IMG/VR virus record: IMGVR_UViG_3300043173_000413
Location: 1 to 49,637 of that record
Reading direction: 5' to 3' (one strand)
DNA length: 49,637 bases
Source: a virus
Taxonomy: Duplodnaviria > Caudoviricetes
Shown: positions 45,483-49,637 of the stretch, piece after piece
How the letters are laid out: the number at the start of each line of letters is the position of its first letter
Numbering within the stretch: position 1 is the stretch's first letter
Program-made: the position numbers and the translations under genes
The notes under the pieces: model-generated
What the model was told of the DNA's origin: nothing
Database searches by the model: none
The model's input: only the letters and a program-made list of their open reading frames with translations

Positions 45483-47816
45483 TTAATTTAAAAATGAATC
45501 GACATTCGTTACGATAAACGCTTTTTGTCTGGTTCCATACTGGTCTTTCATTTGTGTTGTTGGCACCTCCTGCAATTCGCCATAGTCGATTAAAACACTG
45601 AGCGTCTTTTTTAACGCGTTAGTTGCTCCGGTCCTATCCTTTTTAAACGCGGCTATTTGCACCAAATTGTTTTGCAAATATTTATAAGGTAAAACTTTAT
45701 CGGCGTGCATTTGACGGTTTGTCTCTTTCCACTTCGCTTTCATATCAACCGGGCTAAGCGTTACGTACTTCTTAACAACTTTGCGAACTGCTTTTATTTG
45801 TTCGTCGTCCTGGGATTTTTCACCAACTTCTCCTTTTTCAAATTTACCCATAAGATTGTTAACGTCTTCAACACATATTTTAATGGCCCATTCGGAATGT
45901 TCTTCAGTGATAACAGGATTATAAGGATTAACTCCGACAGCCACAAGTGCTGCCAATTTCATTGCCTTTAGCGCCGATCTGTTCCATAAATGCCTCCCTA
46001 TTTCGTTTCCAGAATTGTTAATTTCATTAGTGCAGTGTATTTCAAAACCTTCAAACATTGCCTCTGCGCCTGGATTAGTACTCACGTCGCAAACTTCACC
46101 TGAATTATTCAGCATCAAGGAATGGGCACAGAGCGCAGATAATGAAACGATAAGATTCGAATTATAATCAATTTCGAGTATGTTTTTATTTAATAACGGA
46201 CGTTTTCCTGTATATTCAAGTATCGTAAAACGCGGCAATAAACCTTCCGTAATCATGGATTCGTCAAGCGCTTCGTAGAATCCTTCAGGGGTTGACTCGC
46301 CCACAATTGAAAAGGCCGGTGATGCTACCGGGGCGGTATTCTTTGCATATTCAGAATAAACGAGCGATCCTAAAACGTCGCCTTTACCTGATCTATTATA
46401 AAGGAGTAAATAAGCACGGCGTAAGCCCCTTTCGTTTGTGGTGGCGTTCCATGCTGATAATCTTTTTAATTCTAATCCAAATTCACCCGCCATTGAAACT
46501 ATCGAAGGGTATTTGGCTAAATATTTAATAAGAGCTTGTGGACTTGCTATTTCACCGGGCCCGATAAAATCCATACACGCCGGAACTGTTCGTTTGACAG
46601 CGCTCATCAATTTATTAATACCGCTTATGATGCTTTCCTTACCGACTCCTGTATTCGCCAATAACAAAACGTACTGATTTACACCTGTTTTCGAAATGTT
46701 GAACGCTCTGCCACATATTCCCGACATAAGCCCGATTGCACCGGTCATGGCGATTTTCCGAACCGGGCGAGGTGAAGAGTGATATATATAATCGGCGATT
46801 TCTCCAAGGAGTCCTGGCACAGGTTCGAATGTATCGGCATCGGACATGATAGGGGTAAGGGGCGGGACGGATCGTTCAACAGGGGTGATTTTTGGCGGTT
46901 CAGGTTCCGGGGGATTCAGGATTTTTTCAGCTCGTGCGGCTAAACCTGAAATGTCAACCTGCGGAATCACCCGGTCAAACCCTTTGTTAATTGTCCAGGT
47001 GACATAATCGGCACGGCTCATCTTTTGTTGACGGCTCATTGCATGAGGTGACATTTTCCATAATCGCTCTACTTGTTCCCGATTTTGCGTGTAATATGCA
47101 ATAATATTGACGATCACTTGATCAATAGCGCTCCCGCTCCTATCGACGATTCCGTTTTTATTGACAGTATCTAAAAGTGATCCGTCGCCATTCCAAACAG
47201 ATTGAAACTTTTCCCCGTTCGAAGCGTTCCACGCCATACTCATTATATCATCGTCGGTTTTGGTTTGTTCTGCGGAATACCCTTCAGGAACTGTCGCTTT
47301 TTGTTTAGCACGATTTCCCCTCAGATAATCCGCTAAACTCGAAACTATGTCATGAGCCTCTATTATCTCACCTGCGCGGCAAACGTTACCCGTCATAGTC
47401 ATGAAGCGCCCATGTGGGTAAATTTCAATCCCTCCTGCGTTAATGCCTTCGGGAATAGCGGCCCTGCACCAAAGATGTGCGCCTTCGCCTGACGGGGATA
47501 TCTCGCTGTATCCTTGGATGGAGTTGTATATTTGAGTTTGTAATTCCTGCTTTGCTTCGTCGTCGGTGGCGTCTAAATCGATACAGCAAAAAGGATCATC
47601 GGCGGTTATGACAAAACCGATACCTTCGTAGTCATCTGATCCAGCCACAGCCTCTTCGAACGATACCCACGTTCTCGGATCGTTCGATTTTGCTTTAAAA
47701 CCTGTTCTGTGATCAAATAGAACTTTAATCGGCTTCCCTTTGGCGTCGACCCCGTCGAACTTCCATACCACGAACTGATTATAGTCTTTTAATTCGTTGG
47801 GTATATTGTTAATCAT
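45483..47816 (-). CDS. Primase-polymerase (AEP) fused to a DUF3987-like helicase
   Basis: IP.EL....QFVVW, DP.TW, GIGF, IDLD, SEISPSG.G.H, EIY...RFMTMTGN; C-terminal P-loop A.TG.GK. Confidence 0.85.
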   Translation of the reverse strand: MINNIPNELKDYNQFVVWKFDGVDAKGKPIKVLFDHRTGFKAKSNDPRTWVSFEEAVAGSDDYEGIGFVITADDPFCCIDLDATDDEAKQELQTQIYNSIQGYSEISPSGEGAHLWCRAAIPEGINAGGIEIYPHGRFMTMTGNVCRAGEIIEAHDIVSSLADYLRGNRAKQKATVPEGYSAEQTKTDDDIMSMAWNASNGEKFQSVWNGDGSLLDTVNKNGIVDRSGSAIDQVIVNIIAYYTQNREQVERLWKMSPHAMSRQQKMSRADYVTWTINKGFDRVIPQVDISGLAARAEKILNPPEPEPPKITPVERSVPPLTPIMSDADTFEPVPGLLGEIADYIYHSSPRPVRKIAMTGAIGLMSGICGRAFNISKTGVNQYVLLLANTGVGKESIISGINKLMSAVKRTVPACMDFIGPGEIASPQALIKYLAKYPSIVSMAGEFGLELKRLSAWNATTNERGLRRAYLLLYNRSGKGDVLGSLVYSEYAKNTAPVASPAFSIVGESTPEGFYEALDESMITEGLLPRFTILEYTGKRPLLNKNILEIDYNSNLIVSLSALCAHSLMLNNSGEVCDVSTNPGAEAMFEGFEIHCTNEINNSGNEIGRHLWNRSALKAMKLAALVAVGVNPYNPVITEEHSEWAIKICVEDVNNLMGKFEKGEVGEKSQDDEQIKAVRKVVKKYVTLSPVDMKAKWKETNRQMHADKVLPYKYLQNNLVQIAAFKKDRTGATNALKKTLSVLIDYGELQEVPTTQMKDQYGTRQKAFIVTNVDSFLN

Positions 47817-48022
47817 AATTTTATTGTCCGGCCGCTCAAATATGTGTATAAAGTTTCGATTCTATTGACGGCGGGATCTACACTTTGACCATTAGCAAAT
47901 GATTTTAGCCATCCTTCAGGCAAACCGGTTTCAGTTTGAATAACCCTATATGTTTTGGTCACAGGCCTATTGCGTAATAATTTAAGGGTTGTATCTCTCA
48001 GTGAGGTATTCATTATTAGCAC
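47813..48022 (-). CDS. Small XRE/Cro-like HTH protein
   Basis: I..ETGL...WL..FA.G...DP....IE.L pattern; first gene of a divergent unit. Confidence 0.65.
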   Translation of the reverse strand: MLIMNTSLRDTTLKLLRNRPVTKTYRVIQTETGLPEGWLKSFANGQSVDPAVNRIETLYTYLSGRTIKL

Positions 48023-48055
48023 CTTTATATGTTAATATCAAAAATTTATGACCGA

Positions 48056-48127
48056 ACTATACCGAAAATAAATTTATTATGCAAGACAAAATATTTTCTT
48101 GACATGTTCGGATTTGACGTGTAGATT
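48056..48127. promoter_or_regulatory. Divergent sigma70-type promoter pair
   Basis: + strand TTGACA(48099)-17-TAGATT with an extended TG; - strand TTGCAT(48084)-17-TATAGT. Confidence 0.7.
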
Positions 48128-48163
48128 TCAAATCAAATTAACGGAAAAGGAAGGAGGTTTGAG

Positions 48164-48643
48164 ATGGTAGATGTAACCGAAGTAACACAAGAAGAGAAAG
48201 ATTCGCTTTTGTTAGCGCTTATTGAAGTTAGGAAGTTAAAAGATAACACAAACGATTTAATCAAAGCGGCAATCGAACCATATGCGAAAGATCTTTCGAA
48301 ATATGTAAGTCATGAAGCTACCCTTGTTGAAGAGATCTTAACAGTCTTTTACCCCGATCACGATTTGGAAGGGGTTCAAAAACAAGATCTTGGCAACGGA
48401 TGGTTTTTGAAAGCGACATTTGTAAAAAAGATCAAAATTGACGAAAAGAAAGTTGAAGGTGTTGTTGCCGAACTTTCAAACATGGATAGTGTAAAACCTG
48501 ACGATATTTTCCCTCAGGTTCGCAAATTTGCAAAACGGGGTTATACCGATTTGCACGATTCGGTAAAGATCATTGCTGATAAAGCTCTGATCGTCAAACC
48601 CGGTAATCATAGTATCGAAATCGTACCGCCAAAGGAGAGTTAA
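48164..48643 (+). CDS. Hypothetical protein (Gam/gp157-like position and helical N-terminus)
   Basis: AAGGAGG RBS; EG....LGNGW.LK and KPG motifs seen in phage recombination modules. Confidence 0.65.
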   Translation: MVDVTEVTQEEKDSLLLALIEVRKLKDNTNDLIKAAIEPYAKDLSKYVSHEATLVEEILTVFYPDHDLEGVQKQDLGNGWFLKATFVKKIKIDEKKVEGVVAELSNMDSVKPDDIFPQVRKFAKRGYTDLHDSVKIIADKALIVKPGNHSIEIVPPKES

Positions 48644-48644
48644 A

Positions 48645-48803
48645 ATGATTATAGACGATTTTACAAAAAATTCAGCATCCATCGAGTGGTCGGGGAGTCG
48701 CGCCAAGGCAGCACAGTTTGTGATCGAAATGGTGTACGCCAACTGCTACGACTGTTACAACTGTCTCGACTGTTACAACTGCCGCGACTGTCACAACATA
48801 TAG
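48645..48803 (+). CDS. 52-aa protein with (Cxx)6 repeat
   Basis: AAGGAG RBS; ...ANCYDCYNCLDCYNCRDCHNI*. Confidence 0.6.
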   Translation: MIIDDFTKNSASIEWSGSRAKAAQFVIEMVYANCYDCYNCLDCYNCRDCHNI

Positions 48804-48857
48804 CCCGCAATATGAAACGTACCATTGAAATCGTACCGCCAAAGGAGGCTTAACATC

Positions 48858-49130
48858 ATGATCAAAGTCACATTATACGCTCCAAAAAATAAAATCACAG
48901 CTCTCAAGATAGCCCTTGAAACTGAGAGTGCTAAGGTGCCGCCCGAACCCTTTAATGCTCCCCCTGCTCCTCCTCCCCCTCCCTTTACTCCTCCTGTTCC
49001 GGTTCCGGTTCCGTGCGGGGAAATAATGCTCGCAATAAGACCTGCCCCCGGTAAGGAATCTGAATTTTTAGAATTAGTTTTGAATTCAGATATATTTCGA
49101 GTCGATGATGTTAAGCTGAACCTCGAATAA
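48858..49130 (+). CDS. Pro-rich hypothetical protein, paralog of 49155-49403
   Basis: AAGGAGG RBS; KI.AL.IAL, poly-Pro linker, GKE.EFLE.VL.S. Confidence 0.7.
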   Translation: MIKVTLYAPKNKITALKIALETESAKVPPEPFNAPPAPPPPPFTPPVPVPVPCGEIMLAIRPAPGKESEFLELVLNSDIFRVDDVKLNLE

Positions 49131-49154
49131 TCGTACCACCAAAGGAGAGTTGAA

Positions 49155-49403
49155 ATGAAGATAGTTTTTCGAGACAACAGAAGTAAAATTGCAGCACTTG
49201 AAATTGCGCTCAAACATGCAATGGTGAAAGAACTGCCTCCAACCCCTCCCGCCACAACCGCCACAACCCCTCCCGCTCCTAACGGTGTGATCAGTTTTGG
49301 ATTAGCTGTTAAGTTAGGTAAAGAGTGCGAGTTTTTAGAATTCGTTTTGAAATCCGGGATCGTCTCAGTCATCGGACCTGAAATCAGCACAGACAAATCA
49401 TGA
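49155..49403 (+). CDS. Pro-rich hypothetical protein, paralog of 48858-49130
   Basis: Same motifs; AAGGAG RBS. Confidence 0.7.
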   Translation: MKIVFRDNRSKIAALEIALKHAMVKELPPTPPATTATTPPAPNGVISFGLAVKLGKECEFLEFVLKSGIVSVIGPEISTDKS

Positions 49404-49637
49404 AACTTTCCGATCTCAGACCAGCCGGAACCCTGGCGCAAAAGTTCGGCGTCAAGTGTCTCGGCTATGGACCGCCGGGAAGCGGTAAGACGCCGATTAT
49501 TAACACGGCCCCGAACCCTTTAATGCTCGTTACTGAACCCGGTTTACTTTCCATGCGCGGCTCGACTGTACCAGCATTCGAAGCGTTCGACGTTAAAGCG
49601 ATAGACGAGTTTTTCAAATGGCTTTTCGGCTCGACTG
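49400..49637 (+). CDS. Sak4-like/AAA_24 ATPase, N-terminal part (continues through the junction into 1-603)
   Basis: ATG at 49400 overlaps the upstream stop; MKLSDLRPAGTLAQKFGVKCLGYGPPGSGKT contains a Walker A motif and is in frame with ORF 13-603. Confidence 0.85.
   Translation, partial: MKLSDLRPAGTLAQKFGVKCLGYGPPGSGKTPIINTAPNPLMLVTEPGLLSMRGSTVPAFEAFDVKAIDEFFKWLFGST
49511..49637. repeat. Terminal overlap identical to 1-127
   Basis: Exact match to the window start. Confidence 0.97.

Larger units (their letters stand above)
48617..49157 (+). repeat. Three copies of the junction motif AATCGTACC(G/A)CCAAA(A)GGAG
   Basis: Copies at ~48619, ~48829 and ~49129, each directly before a start codon. 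Confidence 0.85.

Noticed and set aside
48617-49157. CRISPR mini-array
   Set aside because: The repeats are ~210-300 bp apart, contain an RBS and flank ORFs rather than 30-40-bp spacers
49511-49637. Biological direct terminal repeat
   Set aside because: It is exactly 127 bp, a common assembler k-mer size, and falls mid-gene; best explained as a circular assembly overlap

Overview
The window is a complete, circularly assembled genome of a tailed dsDNA phage of about 49,510 bp; bases 1-127 are repeated exactly at 49511-49637. It is probably a siphovirus, and I see no integrase, so it is probably lytic. The + strand arm (48.1 kb through the junction to 15.5 kb) encodes a Sak4-like ATPase, an SSB, a Cas4-like nuclease, an SF2 helicase with a LAGLIDADG intein, a beta-clamp-like protein, a family-B DNA polymerase, DUF5675/DUF1353-like proteins, a PHA-depolymerase/synthase-like hydrolase and a VRR-NUC nuclease. 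The - strand arm (48.0 to 15.6 kb) encodes a primase-helicase, many small ORFs, a nucleotidyltransferase plus HD protein, terminase, a portal-gpF fusion, HK97-type head genes and tail genes. The most notable observations are: (1) a ~500 nt, extensively base-paired non-coding region at 15.0-15.5 kb, a candidate large phage ncRNA directly behind a protein gene; (2) a PHA-hydrolase-like auxiliary gene; (3) a (CA)54 tract that frameshifts a gene; (4) a recurrent tandem-TTGACA promoter cassette; (5) a small domain repeated five times across four genes. All family assignments come from motif recognition by eye, with no database search.
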